Shown: in pieces, positions 26,055-39,975 of the stretch
How positions within the stretch are numbered: the first letter of the stretch is position 1
How the letters are laid out: each line of letters starts with the position of its first letter
Origin: Eledone cirrhosa
Lineage: Eukaryota
Assembly (NCBI GenBank): GCA_964016885.1
Contig: OZ024750.1
Span: 496,001 to 560,000 of the forward strand
Direction of reading: 5' to 3'
DNA: 64,000 bases
Made by a program: the position numbers and the translations under genes
The notes under the pieces: generated by a model
Databases searched by the model: none
Told to the model about the DNA's origin: nothing
Seen by the model: only the letters and a program-made list of their open reading frames with translations

Positions 26055-26259
26055 TATAAGGGTGGGCTGAAAAGTTCATAGACTGACTTTTAAAGGAGTG
26101 ATGCTAGAGCTGTGCAATCTTGCATGCATACATTTTTCAACTCTTCTTATTAATAACTGCAATGTTTCTTTCCAGGGACTAGGTTGAAAAATAAACTTCA
26201 TTCGGTCATTCCATGAGAGTATCTTGGTCAGCCTATGAACTTTTCAACCCAGCCTTGTA
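26055..26259 (+). mobile_element. Mariner-derived MITE
   Basis: TIRs with TA flanks. Confidence 0.85.
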
Positions 26260-26334
26260 CTTAGGTTAAGTGTCTCCAACTATAGTCTCAAGCTGACCAA
26301 CACCTTGTAAGTCAAATTGTAAGCCATGCATCTA

Positions 26335-26505
26335 GCCTTTTACTGCTCCCAGTGTGCCAACCACAATCGGTACCACCTCTACGAGTCTGATTCTCCATAG
26401 TTTCCTGATTTCCCTCTTCAGCTCCTGGTATTTCTCAACTTTCCCACTTTCCTTCTTATGCACCCTGTGGTCCCACAAGGAAGCAATATCCACAATACTT
26501 GCCAT
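26335..26505 (-). pseudogene. Restriction-like endonuclease (RLE) fragment of an R4/Dong/Hero-type non-LTR element
   Basis: IVDIASLWDHRVHKKESGKVEKYQELKREIRKLWRIRLVEVVPIVVGTLGAV: K..KY..L and PIVVGxLG motifs. Confidence 0.8.
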
Positions 26506-27599
26506 GCAAACATTATAAATTAAAATAGAAACAACATACATTTAATAAAATATACACTTAATAAAATATACATTTAATAAAATATACACTACACATTGAA
26601 ATAACAGTGTACTATATTTAGTGCAAACATTATAAAATAGAAGGCAGACATATAGTGCTAGCAACATACTGTGAATCAGCAAGTTCATAGATTCAAACAA
26701 TTTGGCTTTATCATCATTAAGTGCCAATATACAAACATCAACATATAGATACTATTTGTTTTTTTTTCAATCACACACTGACAAACTTACACATTATTAA
26801 GAACTCATATTTCTCTTCCACTCAGCTAAGACGAAATATTATTTCCCTGACATAGTAAACATATGATAAAAATACAGGTGATAAACTATTTCTATCAACA
26901 CTTGTGGTACATAATTTATCAAATCTTAAACGGTTTTTATATGAGGGTCAGTTGAAAATTTCATAGGCTGAACAAGATACTCTCATGGAATGACCAAATG
27001 AGGTTTCAACATAGTTCCTGGTAAGAAACAATGCAGTTATTAATAAAAATAAAACATACTAACACATCTTTGGTACACAAGGAATGAAAGGTAAAAGATG
27101 TACCAGTATGAATTTGGCACTCAGATATTTAACCATTATTCTTTACTGTTAATTCTATAGAAGCAGCTGCATTTATCCGAATGTAATGATATTTTACTAA
27201 CTCAACAGAAAATTGCCAAATAAATCTAATTTTTGTCATGGCATAATTTAAATTGAATATTAATTTCTTTGAGAATGGATATGGAAATAAAAATAGTCAA
27301 TTAATATGAAAATAATGAAGAAAATTAAAAAGATGAAGGTTAATATGTCATCATCATCATCACCGTTTAACATCTATTTTCCAGACTACCAAGGGTTAGA
27401 CAAGCTGTCCCCTTGTGAGACAAGCCAGAACTAATTTTGGTTTGGTTTCTACAGCCAGATGCACTTCCTAATGCCAACAACCGTTCAACCCATGCTAGTG
27501 TGGAAGATGAATGTTAAATGATGATGACGATGATGATGATATGGCTTGAGCTCTGCCGTCGGGGTCATACTTTTTCCTATATATGTATATATATTTCTT

Positions 27600-27818
27600 C
27601 TCAAGTCTTCATTAGGCGTTAAGTGACTAAGAATACAAGACACCATCCTGGACAGGATGCTGGTCTATCAAAAGGTTAGCTCAAAGGTAGCCATTTTTAA
27701 ATGAGTGTAGTGGAGCAACATGAAAATATTTTGCTCAAGAACACAACACACAACCCAGTCCAGGAATTGAACCCACAACATAAGTCCAACACCCTTACCA
27801 CTAGCCCATGCGCTTCCA
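27600..27818 (-). mobile_element. tRNA-SINE family B copy
   Basis: Reverse complement of 44088-44300. Confidence 0.75.
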
Positions 27819-28075
27819 CGCACACACACGTGTGTGTGTCGGATGGTAGCTATGATGCTTCCATAGGCGGTATGCCGGTTGAGCACTCTATGCTCTTACA
27901 GAGCAGAGTATGATATAATATAAAACGAAAAATCAGTGATGCATCTGAACTCTATTGTGTGTTACAATTGTTTCGCCAGCGGACAGCTCAAGACGCGATC
28001 ATTGTGTGGATCTGTCTGATTCTGGACCCGCAGGTTTGATGGACACGTCTAATGATTTCGGAGCATATTCTCTCT

Positions 28076-28110
<35 letters not shown>

Positions 28111-28624
28111 GCCGTGGCTAATAAAGAAACATATATTATATATATATAAATAAATATATATATATATATAAATAAATATAATACTAGAAGCAGTCTACTT
28201 AAATCCATTCTGAGAATCAAATAATATATATTGCTCTAGTTCCAAAATTGCACCAAATGTAGGGGAAAATAGGAAAAAAATATTAAAATCATCCTAATCA
28301 ACAAATCCTTTGTTTTTCCACAATCTTGAGTTAAGAAGATTTTTGTCTCAGTAGAATTGACTTTAACAAATTAGATATGCTTCACTGATGCAGAATAAGG
28401 TATTTTACAGGAGTATATATCTTATTTTATTTCATTTTATTTATTTATTTAATCATCATCACCATCATCATCATTTAATGTCCATTTTTTTTATTTATCC
28501 ATTCTATTTCATCATCATCATCATCATCATCATCATTATTATTATTATCACATTATCATCATCATCATCATTGTTATCACAATATTATCATCACCATCAT
28601 CATCATCATCATCATTATTTAGCA

Positions 28625-29037
28625 ATGTATTGATAGATTTGTTAACATGTCGGACAAATGCTTCTTTCATAGTATTTGTTCTGAGTTCAAATCCCACTGA
28701 GGTCAAAACTATGCCTTTTATATTTCTGGGGTCATGAAAATAAAATACAAGGTACCAGTAAAGTACTGGGGTTGATATAACCAACCTTCCTCCTCACCCC
28801 ACAAAAAGTTCTTGTATTCTTGCCTCGAACTTAAATTAAAAGTCATTATTTCTTATTCATAATGGGCGGTGGAGGGTCAGACACCATGCTTTCCAGCATA
28901 GTTACGTCCCTTTACGATCTGAGTTCAAATCCCGCCGAGGTTGACTTTGACTTTCATCCTTACAGGGGTCGATAAAATAAAGTACCAGTAATGCACTGGG
29001 TCTTTGCTGGCCTTGTGCCTAAAGTAGAAACAATTAT
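28625..29037 (+). mobile_element. Two tandem tRNA-SINE family A copies
   Basis: B-box gagttcaaatccc at about 28683 and about 28921, each followed by the shared core. Confidence 0.75.
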
Positions 29038-29159
29038 TTCTTATTCATAAATATGTAATAGAATTTGTGTAAATGAAAGAATTTGAGAATGTATGGCTGA
29101 AGAATAAATTTAATACAACACAATAGCTGAATCTAGTGTTTGCTTTTGATTTACCAAAC

Positions 29160-29395
29160 TGAGAGAGAGTGGCGTATCACTGAGAGGGAGAGAGAAAGTG
29201 GAGTATAACTGAGGGGGAGAGAGAGAGTGGAGTATAACTGAGGGAGAGAGAGAGAGTGGAGTATAACTGAGGGGGAGAGAGAGAGTGGAGTATAACTGAG
29301 AGGGAGAGAGAAAGTGGAGTATAACTGAGGGGGAGAGAGAGAGTGGAGTATAACTGAGTGGGAGAGAGAGAGTGGAGTATAACTGAGAGGGAGAC
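29160..29395. repeat. About 30-bp GA-rich minisatellite (gagagagagtggagtataactgagggg)n
   Basis: Read directly from the sequence, about 8 units. Confidence 0.9.
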
Positions 29396-29849
29396 TGTAT
29401 AGATAAGTTAGGAGTAGTTATGACATATGGAATTAGGAACAGGATTTTTTCAATAAAAGTTTTTTTTAAATTTATTTTTCAAGCGAGTCAAACAATAATT
29501 TATTGCAGTGACTTGAGTGAATTTCTTTTAAAAAATCAGATCTTTTTTCTGAATGTTGTCATAACTGTGATTGTTCTGCTTCAACAAAAATATACACTGC
29601 GACATTGTTGTAGTATCATTTGAAGATCACGTGTTAGTTGTGGCATGATAAATGATATTTCGTTGTAAAGTATTTTACACTTTAAATATCACTTAATATT
29701 GACATTTCTACATCTAATTTTTGTGGGGTTTTTATCTAGAAAGATAATCAGGAGTTCTTCAAAATACAGAATGTGTACAAAGTAATGTGATGTAGTGCAG
29801 GATTATAGAGTAACTTATATACTTAAATGTGAGTGTTTTAGTGTATGTA

Positions 29850-30963
29850 TTGGAAATGGCCATGCTCAGTGTGAAGGAAAGGAGTAGGCATAAATTCCAT
29901 TTTATGTCCCAAATGCAAAGTATGGGTACATAAAAGATGTAGTGGGATCACAGGTAAACTATCTAAGAACGTAGACTTTATATGTGGCCAATGCTCAAGT
30001 GCAATAAGTAGCAAGTGTCCAAAGGATACTAGCTCCTTCTATTGCCCAGATGGTTCTATAGAAATAGTAGACACTTTCCGTTACCTGGGTGACGAAATCA
30101 GCAGTGGTGGAGGGTCTTCTGAAAGTACAGTAGCCAGAGTCAGCACGGGATGGAAAAAGTTCAGAGAGCTTATACCGCTGTTGGCCACAAAAGGTTTCTC
30201 TCTAAAAATGAAAGGCAGATTGTATGATGCCTGTATACGAACAGCAATGCTACATGGCAGTGAGACATGGGCATTACGTGCAGAGGACCTGCGTAGGCTG
30301 GAAAGGAACGAAGCATGCATGCTCCGTTGGATGTGTAATAGTAATATACGTGAACGGCAAAGCATAAATGAACTAAGTGAGAAATTAGGAATAAGAGGGA
30401 TCAGATGCTGTTTACTTGAGAGAAGACTACGTTGGTATGGTCACGTGATGCGCATGAAAAAGTGCAGGGCGATCAAAATTGATGGTAGTTTCAGAGTAGG
30501 TAGACCCAGAAAAACCTGGGATGATCTGATAAATTCCGACCTTACACACTTACACCTCTCTAAGACCGAGATCTTTGGTGCTACGCAGTAATACAGAAGA
30601 CCCGCCTTGCCTATGTACAAAGCGAAACCTACAGCCAGTAGGCACCTCTTAACCAAATATACATCCCAATCCACTACCCCTACCCTATCCTCCCACTCCC
30701 ACCAACAGCACGAGATAATGCGATCGAGATCGTGTAGGAGTCACGACAAAACACACAGTCCACGCTGTAATGTGGCCGTGTAGGTAACATGGTAAAAAGT
30801 TCCCAGTTCCACACTGTAAATGTGGTTGGTGTTAGGAAGGGCATCCAGCCGTAGAAAACCTGCCAGATAGTCCTATATGAGCGAGACACGGTCACCCGAC
30901 CAACCTTGCCTCAAACAACTCCCGTCTAACCCATGCTAGCGTGGAAAATGGACGTTAAACGAA

Positions 30964-30995
<32 letters not shown>
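29850..30995 (+). mobile_element. 5'-truncated RTE-clade LINE (PHD-like finger, RT C-terminus, 3' UTR, (GAT)n tail)
   Basis: WPCSV*RKGVGINSILCPKCKVWVHKRCSG...CGQC, then YLG...GWKKFREL...LHGSETW...RRLRWYGHVMR...GRPRKTW. Confidence 0.9.
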
Positions 30996-30997
<2 letters not shown>

Positions 30998-31260
30998 GGT
31001 GTGTGTACATTTGTATGTACATCTGTGTATGTATATATGAATATGTGTATCTCTGTGACGACAATGATGATAATGATGATGATAACAGCCATGTCTGCAT
31101 TTTACTATGTCTGAAAAAAAGACAGGATGATCATAGCTAATCAGAGAGTTGATCTTGATTAGGGCTGATAAGTGATTAATCCTTTTAATACCAAACTGCC
31201 TGAAACTAACCTTGATTCCATTATTTTAAATATTTATCTGGAAACCTTCAATTATAAGAA

Positions 31261-31420
31261 CATTCCCGGATTTAGGACAAATGAGGCCCTGTGCTGGTTA
31301 AATTAGGAGACCCCTTACTTGGGCCCTGAAGGTGGTAAAAACATTTTTTGTCAAGAAGATGGGCCCTGCTGGCCCATGGAGCCCTGTACACACCTAAGCA
31401 AAATGGTAAATCTGGCACTG
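31261..31420. mobile_element. hAT MITE (160 bp) with 8-bp TSD
   Basis: TSD tataagaa at 31253-31260 and 31421-31428; imperfect TIR cattcccggattta / taaatctggcactg. Confidence 0.8.
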
Positions 31421-33227
31421 TATAAGAACCTTTGTTAAGTTATGTTACAAAAACCAGTTTAATAATGAGAAAGTTAGTTATATTCCTAAATCCCTCTAAA
31501 TTCTTGATTATTTTCAAAATTATTTGAAATAAAATAGCACTTGTCATGAGAACTGTGGCAACAAAAGGATTAAACAACAACAACAGCAATAACAACAACA
31601 ACAGTGACAGCAGCAACAGCGACAGCAACAGTAGAATTTCTATGATAACTTTAAAAAGGAAAATAGAATCTGTGTGAATATCATCTGAACAACTCAGAAA
31701 AAAAGGTTGTTTTCTAACAAAGACATTTTCTGTGTGCCAAACATTTTTTTATGTGGCTTTTGAAAAGAAGTTGTGATGAAGAAAATATTTTATTTTTAAA
31801 TATTACAAGAAAAGAAAAAAATAATGGAGGCCATGCAAAAGACATAATGATGGAAGAAAAAGAAGCTTCTAATAATAAGATATAATAAGATATACTGGTG
31901 AAATATAATATGCAAAACATATGTTATTTGTCTAGAGAATGTTGAGCTAAAGAGAACAAGAGCAAATAAAGTTGTTACAAGGTTCTAAAAATGTAACTAT
32001 GGAGCTTTTAAAGTTAAAAACCATTTGTATGTTGTGTATATGAAGTTAAATAACCAATAATATTTCTGGGGGTTATGGTGGGGGGGGGGGGGGAAGAGGC
32101 AACAACAACAACAACAACAGCAACAAGAATATAAGAAAGTTGCGAGCCACCAGCCTGACTGAACACTCGATAGGGTGCAGGAGTATATGTAAGGGAGAGG
32201 AAACCCTATCTTGGGGTCAGCAGCCTTGAATACCAACCTAGTCTGTGGATGACCAGTCTCTGTTAGCAAGGAAAGTGATTGTTAAATGATGGTTATGGTG
32301 ATGATGGTGATGATGATGGTGATGGTTATGACAATGATCTGTTTTTCTTACAGTATTTCTATGAGTTTCAAATGAATACGGCCTTCAAAACAGCAGGAGT
32401 TTAGTAGGAATTGTGAAACTAAAACTATATTCTAAAAAACACTTTAAACATTTTAAATATTAAAATATTAAAACTTCACAAGTATATTCTCCACTCATGA
32501 GAATTTCAACACCACATTATCTAAACATGTTAATTAGCTGCCTTGGTTTATACACAGAGTTGGATTTTTACCTATTTCTCAGACATAAAATGGGGGGGGG
32601 GGGGGGGGGGGGCTTATATTTGAGTATATACGATAGTTCTTGGAAAAGGTGAACAGATGTTCAAGAGTGAAGTATTTCTCATTTTAAAGAAACCACACAC
32701 ACACACACACACACACACTCATACATACAATTAAATATTGTCTTTTATTTAAATTACAAAACTGCAGTTCTGTGAGTAGCAACCATTATTAGATTGATTT
32801 CACTTGATTCAACCAATTTCAGTTTTCTATAAATTGGAATGAGAGTTACATAAAAGATCAATCAATGTATATTGGAATTCAATAGTAGAAATATTTTACC
32901 AAAATTAACCTCTCCCTAATTAAACTACAATATTAATTAAATCATTACATTCTTCATATATTTCTCTCTAATTAATTAGTTCTTCTGACTTGTTAACAAT
33001 ACTGAATATGTTTTCATTTTTTTCTTAATTATTTAAGCAATTAGTAAAGAAATGTTGATAGTGCCAATTCACAGAATTTCAGTAATAATTTACCTCTGTG
33101 AGACCACACAGGTAAAAATTCCAAAATGATTAATTAGTAAAATAGGAAAGAAGATGATTATAATTGATATTATATCTTAATGACAAAAAGAAAGAAAAAG
33201 ACAAAGAAAAAGAATAAAAAGGGGAAG

Positions 33228-33428
33228 ACGAAGGTCGGCTGAAAAGTTCATAGGTTGACTATGAAGGAGTGATGCTAGAGCTGTGAAATCTTGTGTGCAT
33301 TAATTTCAACTCTTCTTATTAATAACTGTATTGTTTCTTTCCAGGAACTATGTTGAAAAATAAATCTCATTTGGTCATTCCATGAGAATATCTTGGTCAG
33401 TCTATGAACTTTACAGCCAGCCCTTGTA
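33228..33428 (+). mobile_element. Mariner-derived MITE
   Basis: Same family as 8892-9072. Confidence 0.85.
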
Positions 33429-33768
33429 TCTCAGCTACACTCTACAGATACAATTGTGAAAGTGTTGCTGAGGAGAACAGCCAGCAATAGCCGCTACATT
33501 AGTCATTTCACCCCCGTAGTGCTCCTTTCTCAGGTATGATGCTCTTGTTCTACTTTAGAAGAGGACAATGGAAGTGTGGAGACTGAGGACAAGAAAAGTC
33601 TCAATGATGAAATAACAAAATGATAAAAGTGTCTGGTTCTAAATATGGTAATGGGTAGATCAATCAGTTTGGCCAATAGATCAGAAAGATAGATGGAAAT
33701 TAGTATTGTGATGAGGAGAAAATTAGTGACTAAGCTACAAAAATCTCCTTTGTAATATGACTAGAAGT

Positions 33769-34380
33769 GGAGGCATGTGGCCTAGTGGTTAGGATGTTAC
33801 AATTATAATGCCATGGGTTTGATTCCTGGACTGGTTGTGTGTTATGTTCTTAAGCAAACCATTTCATTTTACATATGGAGGTACTTGGCTTAGTGGTTAG
33901 AGCATTGGCCTTGCAATCGAAAGGTTGTGAGTTCAATTCTCAGACCAGGTGATGTGTTGTTTCCTTGAGCAAGACACTTTATTTCACATTGCTCCAGTTT
34001 ACTCAGCTGTAGAAATGAGATGATAGGGACTGGGGTCCCTATCATTCCACTGCAAAGTGGTCGTGGAGGTACCACGGCAAAAAAGCACCCAGCACTCACT
34101 GTAAATGAGGTTGGTGTTAGGAAGGGCATCCAGCTGTAGAAATCAAGCCAGAATCAGCTTCCGTCCCACCATTGCAAGCAGGGAAAAGCGGACGTAAAAT
34201 GATGATGATGATTGCTCCAGTAGACTCAGTTGAAAATGAGTACCAGTAATAGCTGGAGATTTAACTCTGTGATGTACTGGTGTCCTGTCCAGGGGGAAGT
34301 CTTGTAATCTCAGTCACTTAACGCCACAGAAACAGGGTAGACATCGGCCTGATGTACCTCAGGGCTTCAGATAGAATATG
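33769..34380 (+). mobile_element. Nested tRNA-SINEs: an RTE-tailed SINE (33877-34211) inside a family B SINE
   Basis: Two tRNA heads (tggcctagtggttag...gttYgattcc). The inner copy ends with (gat)n and the outer resumes at ttgctccagt. Confidence 0.8.
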
Positions 34381-35828
34381 ACTTTTGATACCAAACCACC
34401 TGAAACCATCCTGGATTTATGACACAAAACTGCTAATATGTAAAATATTTATCCTTATATTGAAATGTTCCATCATAATTTTATTTAGAATTTTTTGTTA
34501 AATAAAATTATAAATATCAGCTTGCTAACGAAAAACTTACGTATATTAAATTCCTTGAAAATTATAGATTGTGTCTTTCATTGGAAATAAGGTAATGATA
34601 GAGTTAAACAAACATACTGTGGGGAAATAATATTAATTTATGCAAGCTGTGATTCTAAAGGAGAGAGGGGGATAGGGGAGAGAGAGAGATAAGAGGGGGG
34701 TAAGGAGAGAGAGAGATAAGAAGGGGGTAAGGAGAGAGAGAGAGAGATAAGAGGGGGGTAAGGGGAGAGAGAGGGGGAAGAAGGAGAGACATACATACAG
34801 AAGAAAGAAAGAATTAGATTAAGGTAAGTTGTTTTAAATGTTTCAAATTGATTCAAAGAGATTTGTTGTTAAGCAGACAAAACCAATTCCAATAATGATT
34901 TAGAAATAGATTTGTTCATTTTGCTATTTTGAAACCTTCTTCATCTTATAAAAACTCAGCCTAAATAACTTATTCCAAATATAACTTGTTCCTTTCTTCA
35001 TTGGCAATTTTATGTGAGATTGTGTGTCAAAACTAAAACAAATGCACCTTGCTAAACTTATTCATTTTACTCATTTAAAACAAAATATTTATTATTTTTT
35101 ATTTATTATTTTATTCATATTTCATTTATTTATTTATTATTTTATTTATTATTTATTTATTGTTTGTTATTTGCAATAGTATAGATATATCATTAAGATG
35201 TCTTTCATGGTAAAAATGATTAACATTTCGGTCACTTCAACATATTGTCAGAAATCAGATAGTATAGGCTGTTATAGACATTTTTTATTACTATTGGGAA
35301 TTTAGTCTTGCTATTTCATATTTTCCTCTTCTCTCCATTTTTCTCTCCTGTACACACACACTCTCTCTCCTGTACACACTCTCTCTCTCACTCACACCCT
35401 CTCTCTCTCTCCTGTACACACTCTCTCTCACTCACTCCCTCCCCTGTACACACTCTCTCTCTCTCACTCACTCCCTCTCTCTCTCCTGTACACACTCTCT
35501 CTCACTCACTCACTCCCTCTCTCTCTCTCCTGTGCACACACATTCTCTCTCTCTAATTCTACTCCCATTATAACCATCTCTCGCATCTTTTCGTTCTTCC
35601 TCTTCTACAACAATCTTAAACACAAAGGTAGACTGAAAAGTTCATAGGCTGACTAGTGATGCTAGAGCTGTGAAATCTTGCATGCATTGGACAGAAAGAC
35701 AGATACAAAAGTGTTAATAACCAAAGAAGTAGTTACAAGAATGGTGAATAGAGCAGTGAAGTAGATTAGGTGGCAATTGTAGAATTTAACCGTTTTCATA
35801 CTAAAGCACATGAAGCCACCCCTGCTTC

Positions 35829-36965
35829 TATGATACAGCAATGTCTGATAGACAACAATGATACAGCAATGTCTGATAGACAACAATGATACAGCAATGT
35901 CTGATAGACAACAATGATACAGCAATGTCTAATAGACAACAATGATACAGCAATGTCTGATAGACAACAAGATACAGCAATGTCTGATAGACAACAATGA
36001 TACAGCAATGTGTAATAGACAACAATGATACAGCAATGTCTAATAGACAACAATGATACAGCAATGTCTGATAGACAACAATGATACAGCAATGTCTGAT
36101 AGACAACAATGATACAGCAATGTCTAATAGACAACAATGATACAGCAATGTCTGATAGACAACAATGATACAGCAATGTCTGATAGACAACAATGATACA
36201 GCAATGTGTAATAGACAACAATGATACAGCAATGTCTAATAGACAACAATGATACAGCAATGTCTGATAGACAACAATGATACAGCAATGTCTGATAGAC
36301 AACAATGATACAGCAATGTCTAATAGACAACAATGATACAGCAATGTCTGATAGACAACAATGATACAGCAATGTCTGATAGACAATGATACAGCAATGT
36401 CTGATAGACAACAATGATACAGCAATGTGTAATAGACAACAATGATACAGCAATGTGTAATAGACAACAATGATACAGCAATGTCTGATAGACAACAATG
36501 ATACAGCAATGTCTGATATACAACAATGATACAGCAATGTCTGATAGACAACAATGATACAGCAATGTCTAATAGACAACAATGATACAGCAATGTCTGA
36601 TAGACAACAATGATACAGCAATGTCTGATAGACAACAATGATACAGCAATGTCTAATAGACAACAATGATACAGCAATGTCTGATAGACAACAATGATAC
36701 AGTAATGTCTGATAGACAACAATGATACAGCAATGTCTGATAGACAACAATGATACAGCAATGTCTAATAGACAACAATGATACAGCAATGTCTAATAGA
36801 CAACAATGATACAGCAATGTCTGATAGACAACAATGATACAGCAATGTCTGAAAGACAACAATGATACAGCAATGTCTAATAGACAACAATGATACAGCA
36901 ATGTGTAATAGACAACAATGATACAGCAATGTCTGATAGACAACAATGATACAGCAATGTCTAAT
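35829..36965. repeat. 28-bp minisatellite (atgatacagcaatgtctRatagacaaca)n, about 40 units
   Basis: Read directly from the sequence. Confidence 0.97.
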
Positions 36966-37485
36966 ATACCGGTATATGAAGTATATCAAAGGTAATTGTT
37001 ATTTCAACTTTGAATGCATGTTAACAGTTGGTTTTTACTATGAAAAATAGTTAGGTATGTAAGTCCCTAGGGAGGGAAAATAGTGGACAGTGTTGCCTGT
37101 GGTACTCAAACTCACAGCAAGTGATGCTGTCCCTGTTTTTCTATCTCTAGGGGTTTATATATCCAACTTGTTTGGCTTTTCATAGTGAAATAAACCTCTG
37201 CTGAAACAACATACATTCAAAATTCATAATTTGTTCGACGCTTCATTAAAATATGATTGATTCATATTTTAATTAAATGTTTACAATCAAATCATTTCAG
37301 CAGGCTTACTGTTCTGTTAAGAGGATAAATATCCTGCCACTTATCTATTATTTGCAGCACCACAGAAGGTGTTTCTATGTTGTTTATATAAGACAAATCA
37401 GCCTAAGGGAGAAGATAAACATAAAAATATTTGAGCTTAATGACAAGCTGGCAAAGCTGATATCAATTATAATACTCCAGCTGTT

Positions 37486-37770
37486 GACAGTGGACAGTGG
37501 ACATTGACACCTGTTTAGGATTAGGTTGACAGTGGACATTGACACCTGTTTAGGATTAAGTGGACAGTGGACATTGACACCTGTTTAGGATTAAGTGGAC
37601 AGTGGACATTGACACCTGTTTAGGATTAAGTGGACAGTGGACATTGACACCTGTTTAGGATTAAGTGGACAGTGGACATTGACACCTGTTTAGGATTAAG
37701 TGGACAGTGGACATTGACACCTGTTTAGGATTAAGTGGACAGTGGACATTGACACCTGTTTAGGATTAGG
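37486..37770. repeat. 35-bp minisatellite x8
   Basis: Unit tggacagtggacattgacacctgtttaggattaag. Confidence 0.95.
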
Positions 37771-37942
37771 TGAACTCGACTATTGTTTTATCCATCAGGC
37801 TTAAAAATATTGAACATAAAATATTTCAATCTCTATATTGAGAAATAGAAACAACTGAGAGAAGTTAAGGAAGTCTGTGTAGCTATGCCAAGAGGTTAAA
37901 ACTTCACTTCATTACCCCATGGTTGCATGTTGAATCTCTGTA

Positions 37943-38144
37943 TATGAGGGTAGGCAGAAAGGTTTATAGGCTGACTATGAAGGAATGATGCTAGAGCAGT
38001 GAAATCTTGCATGCATTAATTTCAACTCTTCTTATTAATAACTGCATTGTTTCCTTCTGAGGACTATGTTGAAAAATGAACCTCATTTGGTCATTCCATG
38101 AGAGTATCTTGGTCAGTCTCTGAACTTTTCAGCTGACCCTTGTA
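37943..38144 (+). mobile_element. Mariner-derived MITE
   Basis: TIRs with TA flanks. Confidence 0.85.
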
Positions 38145-38226
38145 TATAAAAAGAACTTCATTTTCAAATATAAAAACTGGAAAGAAGAAAGTAAAGAAAT
38201 TATATCAGCTTAAGGTTCATAATGAA

Positions 38227-38290
<64 letters not shown>

Positions 38291-39506
38291 TTCATTATGT
38301 ATGTTTTGTTGGCCTGGAGAGCCAAACTTTATCAACCTGTGACGGTGGAAATGAACCAGAAATTGTTCCCTTTTTAAATTATTTAGGTCACCATTTAACC
38401 TTTTTTTGGAAAGAGAATGTTTGTGGAAAGTGATGTTTGCTACTAGAATAAAAAAATTTGGATTCAAAAGAAGCGAGGTCATTGACTTGGGGTGGGTATT
38501 TAATTGTTTTCAGGTTAAAAGTATGTATTCACTGTGCCAGATAATGTTCTATTATATACTAATGCCTGTCATATTAGAACTTGCCCTACAGGCTCGAGTT
38601 GCTCTCTACCTTGGATATTTCTACCAAGTTTTTACGACTATATATAATATATTTCTACCATTAAATACCCTCTGTAATGTGTACTTATCTAGTTTCCATG
38701 GTAATTGTTTTATAATGTATGCCCTCTCAGTCAACGCTTTAATTGGAACAATTGACAAGAAACAACTTTCTGTTCACTAGTAATTACTATAAATTTGATA
38801 GTAATGTCACAACAGATCCATGCAAGCTCTAAGGTGCAATTAGAGACTCTATCGCCATCATGCTTGTCAATATAATACTTGGCATGTTATTATTTTTTGT
38901 GTAGTTTCCACAGCTAATAATGCAATTTCGTTTTCCGGTATTATTGATTCGTCTCAAAACTACATTGTTTTCATTATGTTTTTTATTTTATGGAAATAGC
39001 AGCACATCTCCATTACAGTTTACGTCATTGACTTGCTTGTAAATTAGTCATTCTTTTCATGTACATTCTCCATATAGACACAGAACACTATCCATTTAAC
39101 CAACTATCATATGAGCAAGCTTCCGTGTAGGTAGATAGACATTTAACTTGCCAATCTAGCAACTAAATTTCCCTTAACAAACACCCTGCCACTTTTTAAA
39201 TGGATGTCATACATTCAAGTCCTAAATTTTAAGATAACATTTTCCTAATAGACACAGGATGGTCATGTCAAAAATATCGTTTACATAAAGTTTGGCCTAA
39301 ATTGGACAATTAATATTCAGCCAGCTTGCAATAAGGTCATTGCTACACTAGATAAAGTGCAACATATATACTACGATAAACCTGCAGGTCACATAAAATA
39401 GATCTGATTCAGCATGCTAGTAGTGTGGATATATATATAAAGAGAGAGTGTTAGTCTACAAGTCAATAAGTTGTGAGTTCAAATCATGTTATAAGTATAA
39501 ATCTAT

Positions 39507-39652
39507 TTTAACCTTATCACATTTACATTACTCTATATATACTATTTTGATTTTATTTATTTTGAGAACAATACCTTAACGTAAGCATGAGCAACCAGTT
39601 AAGGCTGGTTTGAAGAGAAAGAGGTGAGAGAATTCTGGCCGGATATGGCTGG
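39507..39652 (-). mobile_element. piggyBac-like MITE fragment
   Basis: Matches 18327-18530 with an internal deletion. Confidence 0.7.
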
Positions 39653-39774
39653 TATACTTCTAGAGTTTTCCAATACTTTCAGAGGTTTAATAGAGAGAGA
39701 GAGAGTGTTAGTCTAGAAGTCAACAAGTATAAATGTATTGTCTTTAAACAATGAACAATACATTCTATATATAA

Positions 39775-39975
39775 TAATAATTGTTTCTACTTTAGAGAAA
39801 CACAAGGCCAGCAATTTGAAAGAGAGGGGAAAGTCGATTAAATCAACTCCAGTGCATTACTGGTACTTTATTTTATCGACCATGTATGGATGAAAGGTAA
39901 AGCTAAGCTCGGCAGGATTTGAATTCAGAATGTAAAGGGCCGTAACAATATGCCACAATGCATATGGTACAGTGC
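39775..39975 (-). mobile_element. tRNA-SINE family A copy
   Basis: Matches 1816-2000. Confidence 0.8.

Noticed and set aside
33769-33960. tRNA genes
   Set aside because: A and B boxes are present, but there is no full cloverleaf and they continue into SINE bodies.
35829-36965. CRISPR-like appearance of the 28-, 35- and 70-bp arrays
   Set aside because: Units are contiguous with no unique spacers, there are no cas genes, and the context is eukaryotic.
38288-38900. Possible Penelope GIY-YIG remnant on the minus strand (LNNLKREQFLVHFHRHRL)
   Set aside because: Only a vague likeness to the PLE C-terminus with no recognisable GIY/YIG motifs; it needs tBLASTn.
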